A stretch of 38,934 nt of DNA, from the NCBI GenBank assembly GCA_000165425.1, contig CT868208.1:496001-534934 (forward strand). Direction: 5' to 3'. The notes below the pieces were generated by a model. The model saw only the letters and a program-made list of their open reading frames with translations, did no database searches and had not been told where the DNA came from. Both the position numbers and the translations under genes were made by a program. This DNA is from Paramecium tetraurelia. Taxonomy: Eukaryota. Position 1 is the stretch's first letter. Each line of letters opens with the position of its first letter. Of this stretch, positions 1 through 15,801 are shown one piece after another.

Positions 1-3000
1 TCAAGAAAATATTGCATTGCATATTCTTCAACTTTTAAGGAATGCTGTTCAAATATATAAGTGTCCTTAGCTTTATCAATGACTTACTTATAAACTTCTG
101 ATTTCAAAGACTCTAGATAATAGGTTTTTTAAATTGTTCTACTGCTTGTAGATGAGAATACAAATTGCTTTTTTTACCTAGATAAAATTATCAATTATAA
201 TATACTCGTATTCTAATTTGTTGAATAAATCAATAAATTGAGTGAAATTGTATCTCTGAATGCATGAATACTAAACAATAGTTCCAAATTTCTTATGAAT
301 GTCTGATTCAAATTGAATTTCCTCTAACTTTTTACTAGCCTCATAGTACTCTAACGCATATTAAATAGATTGCTTCCTTAGAGTTTATTTTCTAAATCCT
401 CTAAAAAACAAACCTTTGTATCTAAATATTTATACTTTTCTACAGTTTAACCAAGATCTCTTCTCAATAAAGTTCTGATATTTATAAACTAATTCATTGT
501 ATTCTTTGACTTCTTCAGATGTGAGAGTATTACCAAATTATTGAAATTGTTTTCTAAATTTGAGCATAGCCTAATTTCTATAGTATTCGTGTTGTTTGTC
601 AAAACTCTTTTTCAAAATTAAATACCTCTTGTAATCCAAATTATGAAATAAATGGGATTTCCTTTAAATATAACTTTGAGCAATAAATAATCTATAATCG
701 GTCCAAAACATATTATAATTAGAGAGAAGATTCAATCTAAAGAAAAATCTCCAAATTTTGGTTCTGACTTGAATGAGTTACTTTTCCCCCTTTGAAGAAG
801 ATTGAATTCTAAAAGCCCAATGAATGGATCTATTTGAGTAGTATTTGAACAGGAAATCATAATTCAATTTCTAGACTTATTTTATTTTTTTCATGCTATC
901 CTTTATTTTCGATTTCATATTTCTTCGAGTGTATGTCTCTTGTTTTACAAACTCATTGACAGGGACAATTATTTAGTTACTTGATTAGTCAAACGAATCT
1001 GCCTATATTTTCTTTTGAGTATTTTAATTGGTCGTAAGAAATTGCTGCTGCTATTACGACTTATTCTTAAGATTTAATTGATTCATCTTGAAATTAAACA
1101 TTTCTTCTTCATATACTAATCTCTTAGAAATTTATTTACTATTCTTAGTGTAATAGTCAGCAATTTCATCTTCAGAACTAATCGTTTCGAAACGTTCATA
1201 TTTACGATAGATAGATGATCCAAACACTTTAAAAAGTGGACATCTTTACAATTTGTATTTGTTATCTTGCTGGGACAATCTGTTTAATTTTGATTTGCTT
1301 TAAATATTGCTTTTAAATATATATTGGCTTCTTTTCACAATTTGATCCAATATGATAGGAGAATTACCGAATATGGAATTAGTAAGGTATTTAATAAAAA
1401 AGTTATAAAACAACAGTGCTAAAAATAGAATGATGACTTGATCTTTCATTGTTTCGTAATAATACATGCAAATCAACCCTGTATTACTTAGGAGTGTCAT
1501 ATAATTAATCAACTAAAAAAAGTCATCCCAAATCCCTAAAGAACCATCTCCTTTTGGCCAAGGTCTTTGAGAAATGTAGAGTAGTCGTAATTTAGATATC
1601 TACACTTGTAAGATAGTCCAAATCCAAAATAAGGTTACGCTAAATGGAAATAAACAACCGAATATATTTATTAAAGTTAATTACAAAAAAAAGTCCATGT
1701 GCTCATCTATGTTTCCATATTTTTCAACACTTTTTTAAAAAGGAATTCTTTGTTCTTAAATTTCAATAAAATCACACAAGCTTTGCTGGTTGTTTGGGTA
1801 TAACTTTTAAGGGTTCTTCACCATATCGTTTTGGAATGTCATTAGGAATTTAATCACTTACATCAAAAACATCAACATCATCGTAGTCCCAAAATAATAC
1901 TCAACATTATGTCTACAATTTTCTTCCTTGCAATACAACTGCAAAGGGGAATTCAGAAAACTAACCATCAACAATGGGACAACCTGAGAGGAACAATGTA
2001 ATGTGTATTTTTTTATGATATAACTAGTTTCATATTGATAAGAAGTCTAGAAATTCTCGAAATCTGTTAAAATAGTAGCAATTTGTTCATAAAACGAACT
2101 GATTAATAATTAAATGACATAATTGAGTGAAGCTGTCACTATGATCTCAAAATATTAAAAGTAATTTCCTAAATCTATGAATTCTGACTTTAGATACAAA
2201 TTAAAGAAGTATAATCCAATTATTCTTCCAATATCAGATCCAATCAGAAATATTAAGATGAAAATAGATATAACCAATCTCTGAATGAATTTCGAGTGTA
2301 TAACTCCAATTGAATTCAATTCATCACTCTCAATTGACCTTACATTTTATCCTTTAAATGAACTACGTATAATGCTCTCTTTAACATTTCTATTTTATCC
2401 AAACTTGAGATTAAAAGTTAACTACTATTAATGCCAGCAGTCTGTTTAAAAGGAATTCCAATGGACTATTAAAATGGAAAAAACCGATACGGTTGCTGTG
2501 TATACTTCATTATTGTAGTTCTATGATATGTACATTAACACACTAAATAACAGTCCTAAGGCTGCCATAGGAGTTGAAAATTTAATGAAGTAAGAAGTAA
2601 ATTCAAAGTACAATCCTATCTTCTCCCCAAAATAGGAACAAATGTTATCAGTTGGTATAATCCATGGATGTAAATAATCCAGATTCCATTCACTTGCAAT
2701 ATCAAAAGGCTTTTTCTTATAGTTATGCTTTTCTTCACTTACTGCTTTTTAGATACTTTTACATTGGCCAAACAACTCATATTGATCATGCAAACTGAAT
2801 AGTTGTTTGACAAACTATAAATTGATTAAAGTATTTAAATTAATTGTTTGAGTAATAACGGAAGATGCTAATTTCAATCTTTCATTATTTGGAAACAATG
2901 TAATTTAGTTTTATTCATTTTTAATGTATCTGCACCATTTAAGTTTGTATTTGGCAATGTTCTTTAAGGATTCCCCAATGAAATTAATTTTAAAAGGCAC

Positions 3001-4739
3001 ATATAATTCAAAAGGTTTTTAATGGTACCTATCCCAAATTGTTTTTATATAGTGTTGAGAACAATTGGCAACCTTAAGAGCCTCTTGAAATATGTTCAAA
3101 TAATTATGAGCTAATTATTGCTATTTGATCAATTTGATGGATTTTAATTTTGGTAGATCAGCTATCAAAGGAACATTGTACGAGAGATCTATTAATTCTC
3201 TTACTTTTTCATACATTTCACTTATTTTGTCAGAGGCGTCGTCGCTTAAATCAGTAAATTAATTAATCTATTCTTTTCTATTAGTTCTAATTCCATATAG
3301 TTGTTCAACTGTCTTTTATCCATCTACACATAGAGCAATGTCACTATCTATTTGATGCTTACTTCTTTCAATCTATATATGCTTATTTAAATGAACCAAA
3401 TATTTATAATATGCTGTCCACTCCTCATCCGTTGGCCCATCCTAATCTCCATATAAATCAGACTTTCCATATTCAAATAACTCAATATTTAAACCACTTT
3501 GGCCTACTTCTCTAGCCAATCTTTTGAAATTAATCTATCTTATTTAATCAATGATCAGGGGTCGTAAGTATTCTAAATAAGGAGAATTATCATATTCATC
3601 TGGTCTCCAGAGTCTGCCATTCAATCTTAAAGGACGATACTATTTGTCCACAGGTTCTAAAGACAGAAGATCTGTGAAACAAAAGCTTAATTTCTTTGGC
3701 AATGCGAAATTTTCAGCAGCAATTTCGAGCATCTTTTCTGTCATATACAAACAAAGATAGATGGTTTATCCATCTTTGGATATAAACGATTTCACATTGA
3801 ATCCTTTTCTAGATAGTTAAATTATCAAAGCATTTCTGATGAGAGTCAAAATATCTTGGGTTTCATTTCTTGTTCGAAACCAAGATTAACCTTATCTTTT
3901 GAGGTATTCTCCTTAACTGTAGGCCTTCTTTTAAACGTATTCCAATTTATGCATGTCAATTTATAAACAATCAGTGATATTATGTAAACTGCCTGCATAA
4001 TGTGAGATGTTATCTTTTAAATAATTTCTAAACTTTTTCACTAATTTACTCATTGGATCTTCTTTTTTATAAACAGGGAAATCGGATGTTCTATTCAACT
4101 AATTGACGATGTTCTCCACAAGAATTAGGGAATTGGGACTTCTATCTGGGGATTTTTGAAATAATTATTACGAAGTTCCAAATTATACCAAAGTATTTCT
4201 TTGTTATTGTTGATTTGAGTCTATATTTCTTGTTTTTAATTCAAATAACGAATATATTTTGCGATCAGCGAGGTGAGTGAAGGCATTTTCCAAAGCCTTT
4301 ATAAATAGTTTATCATAAATTGACTTATCATCTATCTAAAGAGACTTTACAATTTATTCAAAAATTTCAAATTGCTTTATACTGTAATCGTATTCATCTG
4401 GAATCAAATCTGGGTTGGGAAGACTTTGAAATTCATAAATAAAATTACATTATACCTTATGACTGCTTCTGGTAAATCAAATTCCATTATTGTATTTTCA
4501 TCTATTTATGGAATATTGTTGAGAGCATAAAATCGTTTTTCATCTGCACGCCCAATATCTTGACCCAGAAGCATTTTCAAGTAGATTTCGTATATCTTGA
4601 CATAATCTTCTATTTAATCTAGTTTTTTTTATCTTCTAGTTTTTTGTGTTATTTCTGGAATCAGTTATTGAAAACACTAAATTGAGAGTTTGGAGGTAAA
4701 AGCATGCATTTTGCTTTATCTACTTTATCTTTAATTCAT
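1..4739 (-). CDS. Anoctamin/TMEM16 family membrane protein with long N- and C-terminal extensions; 3' end lies beyond window start
   Basis: Ciliate-code translation from ATG 4739 gives anoctamin motifs NICSYFGEKIGLYFEF (~2590-2650), ILTDFENFQTSYQYE (~2030-2075), GNIDEHMDFFLQ, ISQRP and SLGIWDDF, with hydrophobic TM segments. Introns are needed at ~4424-4455 and ~178-205. The frame stays open to position 1. Confidence 0.88.
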
Positions 4740-5184
4740 GAGAATATAAAAATTCAACTTAAGAATTTTATTATTAGAATTATAAACTTTCCAGCAATGA
4801 ATCTTCAATTTCTTTAAAAAGAGTATATTAATTTAAATTAAATTAAATCGTAACACGAATTGTATATATTAACATTATATTAAAGTACATCAATTTGATT
4901 AATATTAACTTCAAATTCAGAATTTAACCATAACATTATAGATTTAATGCCAACAAACACCAACATTTCATTGAAATTTAGCGACTCCTCCTCGATGATT
5001 GAAATGTTAAAATCTTTAAAAATTGAATTAATAAATCAAGTTTAATTAGAGAATTAATAAGACAAGAAATTAATATTATTATAAAACTAATACAAATTAA
5101 TTTATTTATAGAAATTTACTGATTTGATTATTGATAGGATTTAAAATCAAGTTAGGAAGAACTAGCGATATATATTAATAAGAA

Positions 5185-7083
<1,899 letters not shown>

Positions 7084-7573
7084 TTCCAATTAATTTTAAT
7101 AAGAAAGTTAATTATTTATAAATTCAACATATGTCAAATCAGTATCATGTAATAATTAGAAATTCAAATCTTTATATCGATTTTCCAAAAGCATTCCTTA
7201 TATTCTCATTGCAAATTTAAGAATTCGATTAGTCTCTCTCAATCTCAATCAAAAGATTTCTTAATTTAAGAAACAATCCAACGACTTGTACTATTAGAAC
7301 CACAATTTAACATCATTTTATTAGATAAATTGGCTTAGATCTGAAATGCAAGTGAGAGTTATTGTGTAATAATTCAAAATACTTTGTTTATAAAATATAT
7401 TATTGAACTGATTATTTATGCAAGTCTATTCCTTCAAATTGAGGTATCTATGCATTAAGTCTATTGCATATATCTATTTTGGAAGCAATGAAAATCACGT
7501 TTAGTTAACTTTAATTTTGATTGTTTTTAATTTTGGAAATTTTATTAATTTCTTAGAAATTATATAAATAATT

Positions 7574-8353
7574 ATGCAAAAAGCTATTAACACAGGGGAT
7601 TAAGATTATAACATCGTTAAGGCTGACAACCATCATGATTCTGATGAGGAATTATAAGGGAGGCAGGAGAAGAGTTCAAAGTTAGTTATTGAGGACGATG
7701 AAGAATTGAAAGAGGTTCCCCAAAATCAATCGAACAATACTAATATCAAACAAGAAGTCTAATCATAAAAATAAGTTCAAAAGTAATAAGAAATCTAATA
7801 GTCAACTAATGAATAACCAAAAAAGGTTGTAGCTTAAGTTTACCCGAAATTCATTAATTTTGATTATTAAGACATTAATATTAAATTCAAGCCAGAATGG
7901 AAAGATAAAAGGAAAATCCCTGAACCCAATAAAATTGAAAAGAAATCCATGATAGAAATTAAAGAGCCTATTTTATACACTTTGAATAAGCAAAAAACAA
8001 AGCATGGAAGATCAATTTTCACTTCTTTATTTTCTACAGATTATAGATACATCTACCTCACTGATGGATACATGTACATTTTGCAATTGAAGAATGAAAA
8101 GATGTTCGTAAAGAGTGTGAACTCTTTGTAGAGATTATTTAAAATAATTCTTAAGGGAGATTAAATTTAATTATGCTTTATCAATGCCAACCTAGATAAA
8201 ACTAAACCACCTAATGTATGTATTTCTATTCTTATATAAAATTAGATAAAATCATATGAATTCTTAAAGGGTAAAGAGTAAAAAGAGAAACTCTTGATGA
8301 GGATGAGAGGAGAGATTAATAAATTAGGGTATGATTTTGATTTAATGAAATGA
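7574..8353 (+). CDS. Hypothetical protein; acidic/Gln-rich N-terminus, beta-rich (possibly PH-like) C-terminal domain
   Basis: Open in ciliate code from ATG 7574 to TGA 8351-8353, with a candidate 30-nt intron at 8216-8245. The PH-like call is only an impression from RYIYLTDGYMYILQLK. Confidence 0.75.
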
Positions 8354-8417
8354 ATTTTATTGATAAATTTATTTAATTAATTATAATCGTTATTTTTTAA
8401 ACATTTTCACCTGCTTT

Positions 8418-9218
8418 ATGAAGAAAAGAGAAAGTATTTCTGAACCTCCTCTAGATAAATTGGAACAAATAAGATAGAAGTTTTCAAAATAATTAATCAA
8501 AGTAAAATCCAAAGGTTTTGTGACATGTAGCATTGGAAAATCAATATAAAATGATGCTGGATCAAGAATTTCATATGGGAAAAGTTCCTTCCTGGAAAAA
8601 CTCTAATCAATCAATTCATTTGAAGACGATGAGAAAACTCTACTAAAATCTATTTAATTTGATGTTCAATTGGCAATTAAAAGATATTAATAAAGAATTG
8701 AGTAAATCGGACAGTTGCAAGTCGAAAGAAGTTCATTGCGATCCTGCTAATAAGATATTATGCAATACTTTACAACTCCTTAATAGGAAAAAACTGATGC
8801 CCATTTGGATTCTTTATTGTCCTCTAAGAGATCTACTTGCAAAAGTACTTAATAGAATACAATTATTAATCCTAATTCAAATAAATTGATGCCATTTAAT
8901 AAAAATGTTTTTGGAAATAAGAATTCAAACAAGACCTTCAAAATCATATCTGAGAAATAGAATAAAGTAAAGTAGAATAAAAAATCAAGCAATTAATCTC
9001 TTACCGAAATAAGCATGCATAAAAAGAAGCAATCTAAAGATGGAACTCTTAGTTAAAAATCTGTTTCAACTCGCTAGCCAAGTGTAAAGGAAATAGCAAT
9101 TAATTTAGAATAAAGAAGATCTACTGGAATGATATTACGAAATCAATCAAGATAATCAAGAAATTCTATTAATTCCTTTGATAACAAGTAACCTGCTAAA
9201 AAACTTTAGGTATTTTGA
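8418..9218 (+). CDS. Hypothetical basic Ser/Lys-rich protein (266 aa, intronless)
   Basis: 801-nt uninterrupted frame in ciliate code from ATG 8418 to TGA 9216-9218. No recognised domain. Confidence 0.75.
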
Positions 9219-9641
9219 ATACAGTTTAAATGTTTGCTTTTTAATTGAATTTATATCAAATATTATTAAACGAATAATTTTCGGTTTTCAATAACGAAAT
9301 AGATTAATATTATTGAAGATCAATTTATAAAAAGAATATGATTCTTAAGATTATTTTAAGTTCAAATTGAATTTCATATTACATCCCATTTAAATAGTAA
9401 AGTAATTTTAGAATATTTAAAATCATTATAATATCAATTCCATTATTGAAATTTCATCATTCTCAACAACAAAATATGTAAGAATGGCTAAAGATTAAAT
9501 CAGTGATTATTTCAATTTATGAGCTGAAACCAACCTCATACACTTCCTAAACAAACACATAAAAAATGGTCGATCTTAATGTTGAAGAATTATTGATTAT
9601 ATATATTTCATAAATTCAAAACTTATTGTTATTATAAAAAT

Positions 9642-10699
9642 ATGAATACGCTTCATGAATATTAATTATAAGTGCCTTTAACTAAGCAACACGAAAAAAC
9701 TAATGAACAGTCAAACCTTGAAGGAAGTCTCACATTAAGTAGGGAGAGGTTTATTTAAAAATAAAAGAAATTAGTAATTGATATCTTTTCCCTTAGTAAA
9801 TTAATACAACCAGATTGATACCTATTACAAGTGAAAAATTACCCAGATTATCTCAAAGCAGATCTCCAATCTAATAAAAAATGGCCAGAGCGATAACAGA
9901 GTATCAAGCACCATCAAAATAATAAGCAATGAAATTTTTTAAAGCGAATACAAATACAGAAAATGAAGGAATCATCTATACTGATGATGAAAGAGCAAAA
10001 TTGAAATTAAGGAGAGAGGAGAAAAAACCAAAAACTACCAATTATAAAGCAGGCCTTTATGAAAATACTTAAAATAAAAAATTTGCAGAGTTTGCAGAAT
10101 AGATCAGAAAACTCAAAGACTAATTGGATTCTTTATAGGTATGTTGATGTATATAACCAAGAAATATTTGAACAATTCAAGAAAGTTGTTTTTAGTAGTT
10201 AGGAATATTGTTGAAAAAAGAAAAAACCTTAGGAAAATTCTATTAAAGAATGGGAAAGATGAACTTGTAGAATTGTCTGACATAGAAAAACTTTGCAGTG
10301 TAAAAGAATTCGTCAACATCAATGGAGAATAAAAACTTATTGATAAACTGAATATCTCCCTATTAGATGACATTATCTATGCTAATGAAGTCTTAGAGAA
10401 TTTAAAAATTTAGAATGAAATTCTAGATATCAAGGAAATGGCTGATTAAGTATGTTTTAATGAAAATTATGATTATAATAGAAAAAAATTAAATAAACAG
10501 GCTGAACAAGATTTTAAAAATCAATTAAGAGGAAGATTTGAAGTTATCCTTCACATCTATCGCAATGTCAAGGTACAATTTGCACGAACAAATTGAAACC
10601 TTCGAATAGCGATTAGGTCCTCTCTAGTCAATCAAAAAAAATTTAAAGCAAACCTCTTAAGCTATTACCACTTTTGTAAAATTGTTATGTGATAAGTGA
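9642..10699 (+). CDS. Hypothetical coiled-coil protein
   Basis: ATG 9642. The frame is maintained with three small introns (~9775-9797, ~10139-10161, 10454-10481). TGA at 10697-10699. Confidence 0.7.
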
Positions 10700-10774
10700 A
10701 TGATTTCTATATTTTTGGATTATCTATTTAATTTTATAAAAAGCTCTAATATAAATTATTATTTATACTTTACT

Positions 10775-13700
10775 ATGATTCTCGAAGAAGCTGTAATATA
10801 AGATATTTCTATTTCTAGCTTGGAGTAGAGGATGATTATGTAAGATTGCAAAAGATTGCCGAAGGGATTAAGCAGATTTCATAAAGCTTGAAAACCTAAA
10901 AAAATTTCAACAGTCCTTCTCTAATTAAACAATGTAATTGGAAATTGCTATATAAGTGATTTGCTCATATCCATTTTCAGACGTCACCATTGAGATGCTC
11001 TTAGATGAGTGTTTTGAATAGCACAAAAGCGACCCCAAATTCATTATGGCATTCCATAAGGCATTACAAGAAGTGGCTATTCTTTAAGAATTCAGACAAT
11101 TTTTAGGCACAAGATCCTTATTCAATAAATAAAACCGTCAGCTATCACATAAGTAAGTAAATGAGTATAATTTTTAGCAATAATATTACCTCAATACTTA
11201 GAGAGTAACTGAAACAAGGGTCAATCCCTTTTAGCAGAGAAGTCATAGAAAGATTAATAATTGCAAAACGATTTTCAGTAAAATTTATTATCCCAATATT
11301 TACTCTATCCAAAGAGTACAAATTTGATCTGGAATAAATGGCATCTATATTTAAACTTTTCCTAATGCATACCAAAAATGAAGAATTCTAACTCCAAATT
11401 ATTGATATCTACGAAGAATTAAAATTGTCAGTACTTAAAGATCTCGAATGGATTGAGGAACACAATTAAGAATTAGAAGATTGTAATTTATTATTTGTAA
11501 TCTTAGATTTCATATAAAATAAAATTAAAGTCCCTTAAAAATTAATCTAAAGTAAATTGATGCATATAAAAAATAAAAACAAAAAATTGCTGCACCAACA
11601 TTTCATTAAGAAATGCAACATGAAGAGTGAAACAGAAAGTGATTCTTTATCTGTTAGTCCAGAACAACCAAAAATAATAGATTACAAAACTAAGATTTAA
11701 TAATGGCTTTGTACAAAAGAAACCCCTGTTATTGATTTGGATAATTATGTCTATTTTACTAACTCCGAAAATCTAAACTCTCTTCTTTCTTTTATTTTGA
11801 ATCCATGTAAAATTGATTTAATTGCGGATTGGGTATTATTAGAATTCATTATAATAGGAATTGACATTCACAGATCTAGAGGCCACATTCAAAAAGAAAC
11901 ACTTTAAAAATCTTCCCATTAAATTAGATAAATTGCAAATCATTAGATCATATAAAACTGTCTTATTATTTCAAAACTAAAACAATATTCGTCAAATTGA
12001 TAAACTATTAACCACCTTTGTTGAAATTTCATGTATAGATTTAATCTTAAAATAGTTAGAAGAATATATGATTCCTTAATTAATGATGAAATTAACTTAA
12101 ACATTAATCACTTAATTAATTTCCTTGAATAATTGATACTTTTAAATCCATAAAAGAGTGCCTATTAGATCTTAGAATACAATCTATTATTTACCTTCTC
12201 ACTTTATATTTATAACCATTAAATGACTACCTTCATAGGAGACATGTTGAGCTTATGGATAGATAAATTTAAATTTGGTTTTTATTTATAAGAACAAATA
12301 TGGAAATATTTAGATTATACAAATTGGTTTAACTTCCTCTTTCAAATTTTATTGAAACAACCTTAAAGAAATGAGTAATGCTATTAGGAATACAAAACAT
12401 TAAAAATTGTAAAATTTTCAATTATTAATTTAAGGATGGCATATTGGCTTTTGTTAAATTGTTAAAATAGCCTGAAAAAACCTAATAGACATAGAATGAC
12501 TTCTAGAATTCTGTCACCAGTCGATAAGAACCGCTCACTCCGATCGAATTTTCAGAAGAATAGCAAATCTTAAATTCCTCATAGTGGATGTTGGACAATA
12601 ACTCTACAGCAAATTAAATAATGGAAGATATGAGTTAGAAAGATATAGACAATCTCAAGTACTTTAGCATTGAGAAGAACAAATCAATTATGACAGAATT
12701 ATAGGAGTCTTCACCTTTAAGAATTAGAATTTTATAATCCTCTTATAATAAGGGATTTTATGGCTAATCATCAGACATAACTAACAAAGCTATCCTCTCT
12801 CCAAAGGGGAAGATGAATCATAGTTCAGTTAGTCTGCCTTCAATAGACAATAAAGCACACAAGAGTGAAAGTGTTGATTCCTAGAATTGCCAAAATTATG
12901 CATCAAGATAAAGGAATAAAACTTATATCATATCACAAGATGGGTTTTCTACTACAAAGCTTATTTCAATTTATCCAAGAAGAAATATCGATTTATAGTT
13001 CACTCACTTTGAAACTGCTTAATCATTCTTTATTTACAATAAGCATACTTTAAAAAGTTGTACTAGAGTATTTAAAATTTTGAATGACTCTATATTCAAC
13101 TCTCTTTATTATTAGGATAATTTGGTAAAGGATTCTTTTTAGAAATAACAATTCTTAAATCTAGCTTAGAGAAATTTCATTAATGAACGAACTATCCTAA
13201 CGTTATTTCAAATTTATTTATATGGAATTTTCGATGAGGAAAGTAAAGTGCTTTAGAAATCGTCAATTGAATGTGGTCTTATAATAAATGAGATTTATAA
13301 GAACTCCTTATCATTGCAAGAAAAATCATTAAATAATTTACTCAAAAACTGTTTTAGTTAAGTTGCTGATTTTGTGAGTAAGAAATTAATAGAATTAAAC
13401 AATTTTACATAGCTAACTGACTTTAAATTCAAATAATTTTTATTATTTAGCACTTTAGTAAATGGCTTGCAATATTTTGATCTTTATGATCCTAATAGGG
13501 ATGAGAAGAACATTTATAAGTACTTAAATGAAACTGTGATGCATATACTAATAATATGGTTTTTTAATAGTCATTAAAATAACATTTTCTAATCGAACTT
13601 TGTTAAGTAATTATGCTTCTTAATAAAAGATTAATCGCCATCCTTTTTTCTCGGGCACCTCAATATTAATTGTAGAATCTATTGTTCCATGTTGGTTTAT

Positions 13701-14195
13701 TGACATCACTTTTTAATGGGTATAATACATATAATAGAAATGGATGCAAAAATATAGACTATGTTGAAAGTTTATACATGAACATTATGTATTTAATATA
13801 CATAATAAATGCTAATGTTTACTCAAGATAACTAGCATAATTAATTTCAAATTTAGAATCATCAGCATCATGGAAAGGCATTTAATAAACTATTTGTGAG
13901 GTGTAAAACAATTACTTGAATCAATTAAATTAATTAATGAAATTGGACAGATCCTATTCAGTTAAAAAAATAAAATCTAGTTAGAAGATCCTTCTGTAGC
14001 CAAACTCTAAAGATTCAATTAGGCCTAAAAATGACTCTAAGAATGATAATTCTTAATTAAATGAACTTTTAAAATAAAAGTATTAGTAAATTATTATTTA
14101 TTAGATCAATAACTAAGGAATCATCACCTGTTAAACAGTAAATGTAGATCAAGAAATTAATTAGATATAGAACTAAAAATAGCATAAAAGCATGA
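10775..14195 (+). CDS. Large (~1050 aa) helical protein, possibly SAPS/SIT4-associated (PP6R-like) in its C-terminal part
   Basis: Continuous frame after removing ~9 small introns, TGA at 14193-14195. ILIIWFFNSHQNNIFQSNF (~13545-13600) resembles the SAPS LFFxYxWNNFLH motif. The gene is well supported but the family call is weak. Confidence 0.6.
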
Positions 14196-14463
14196 TTGAT
14201 TTGAAATCAAATTTATTTTATTTTCGAAATTCTCACTATGGATTAAAATCCAATATTGTTATATGTATTGTGATTAATCAATCATATGATGTTTTCCATT
14301 TTATTTAATAATGGAGGTATTACTCTTTGTTATTCTTACAACTTTCAATGGATATAATGTTATTATTCTTGTATTCCATTTTGATAATGTTGTTTTATTT
14401 AATGATAGTAAATGTATAAATTAAATAAAATAATAATTAAAATTAATATTCTTATCTTTAATA

Positions 14464-15240
14464 TCAAATTACTTAATAATATTACTCAAATGTGTCAATA
14501 ATTTTGGATAGACAATTAGATGTACTTAATTAATATCTCGAAATTGAAATACAATCATTACTAAACTTACATTCTAAGCCAGGATTGCCTTTGGCTACAG
14601 CTCCTATCACAAAAACCAACTACAATAAAAGGCTATTTTTACATTATGCTTTTTTTAAATATATTCTTTTAGGTCAACCAATTTCGCTTTGTGTGATGTG
14701 GCTACAATGTAAGCTTCATTGGAGAAATACTCTTGAACTGTGTCATTGTGAATTTGGAGTAAAACTTGGTCCTCTGATTAAATTTTGGCTGTCTCCAATA
14801 ATTTGGCGATCATTCCACTAAACCTTTTAAAGGTTCTGGGTATTTTAGTGACTGGATTGATTTCAATTAATCTATTGTCTTCTGTCCTTATCAATACTTT
14901 AATTAATCCTGCTTTATTAAGAGGACTATCAAGTAGTGTTAACAAACTTTGATGTACTATGTCTGGCCTTTTGCTTAATTAAATTATACCTGAAATCTTC
15001 TGGATTTCTTCCTAATCGCTTCGATATAAAATGAGAGTGATCTTCGAAATTCAGCAACACTTTTGATGATTTCAATTATCCCAATTGTAAGACTGCTCCG
15101 TCAAGTATGAAAGTTACGATTTCTTTATTCAATTTTTCTTGAACTTCTAACTCTGGGATCGGGACTTCATTATTAAGAGATTTCTGGATGGTTTTCTTCA
15201 ACTTCTTGATTTACTTTTTGTTTGAGAGTTGTTTGAGCAT
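14464..15240 (-). CDS. EMG1: Ribosomal RNA small subunit methyltransferase Nep1/EMG1 (SPOUT family)
   Basis: Motifs [49 protein letters not shown] and ISISRYQLS. Two small introns. TGA at 14464-14466. Confidence 0.96.
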
Positions 15241-15282
15241 AAATTAAAATTATATTAATTAAATAAAACTGAAAATACTTTG

Positions 15283-15600
15283 TCATTTATTATTAGCAGG
15301 ATTGTTCACTGACTTTATTTTGTTCTGCTTTTTTAGAAACTCCTTAATGTCTGCTTTTAATTGACTGTATTCTTCTTTCATACTTAAAATCATCCCAGAA
15401 GTCTCTTCTCTCTTTGTATGAGAATTTTTTATTTTTTTTTTGAGTAAGATGAATTGCTAAAATCAAATGATATCAAATACAGGACGTAGCTCTGGGTTTT
15501 TTTCGATTTCATTCCATAACTTTTCGATTTTTAATTATTTTCTTTGTTAAGCCTATTCTTTGTAACCTTTTGCATCACTGCCAAATTATTGATTTTACAT
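15283..15600 (-). CDS. Small (97 aa) basic coiled-coil hypothetical protein
   Basis: ATG 15600, a 24-nt intron at 15457-15480 carrying an in-frame TGA, and TGA at 15283-15285. Spliced length is 294 nt. Confidence 0.7.
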
Positions 15601-15801
15601 TTTTAATATTTATTTAATTACAGTATGAATTTGAATGCCTCCTCAACTTGTAACCAAATAAATCTAAACAAAAATACATAATATGCAATTCTAAATATCA
15701 ATTAATCTTAATAATATTGATTATTTTGACATTTGTGATGGTACTTAGTTATATTTTTAATTAAAAGCAAAGTGAATAAAATAATATAAAATATCTACTC
15801 T

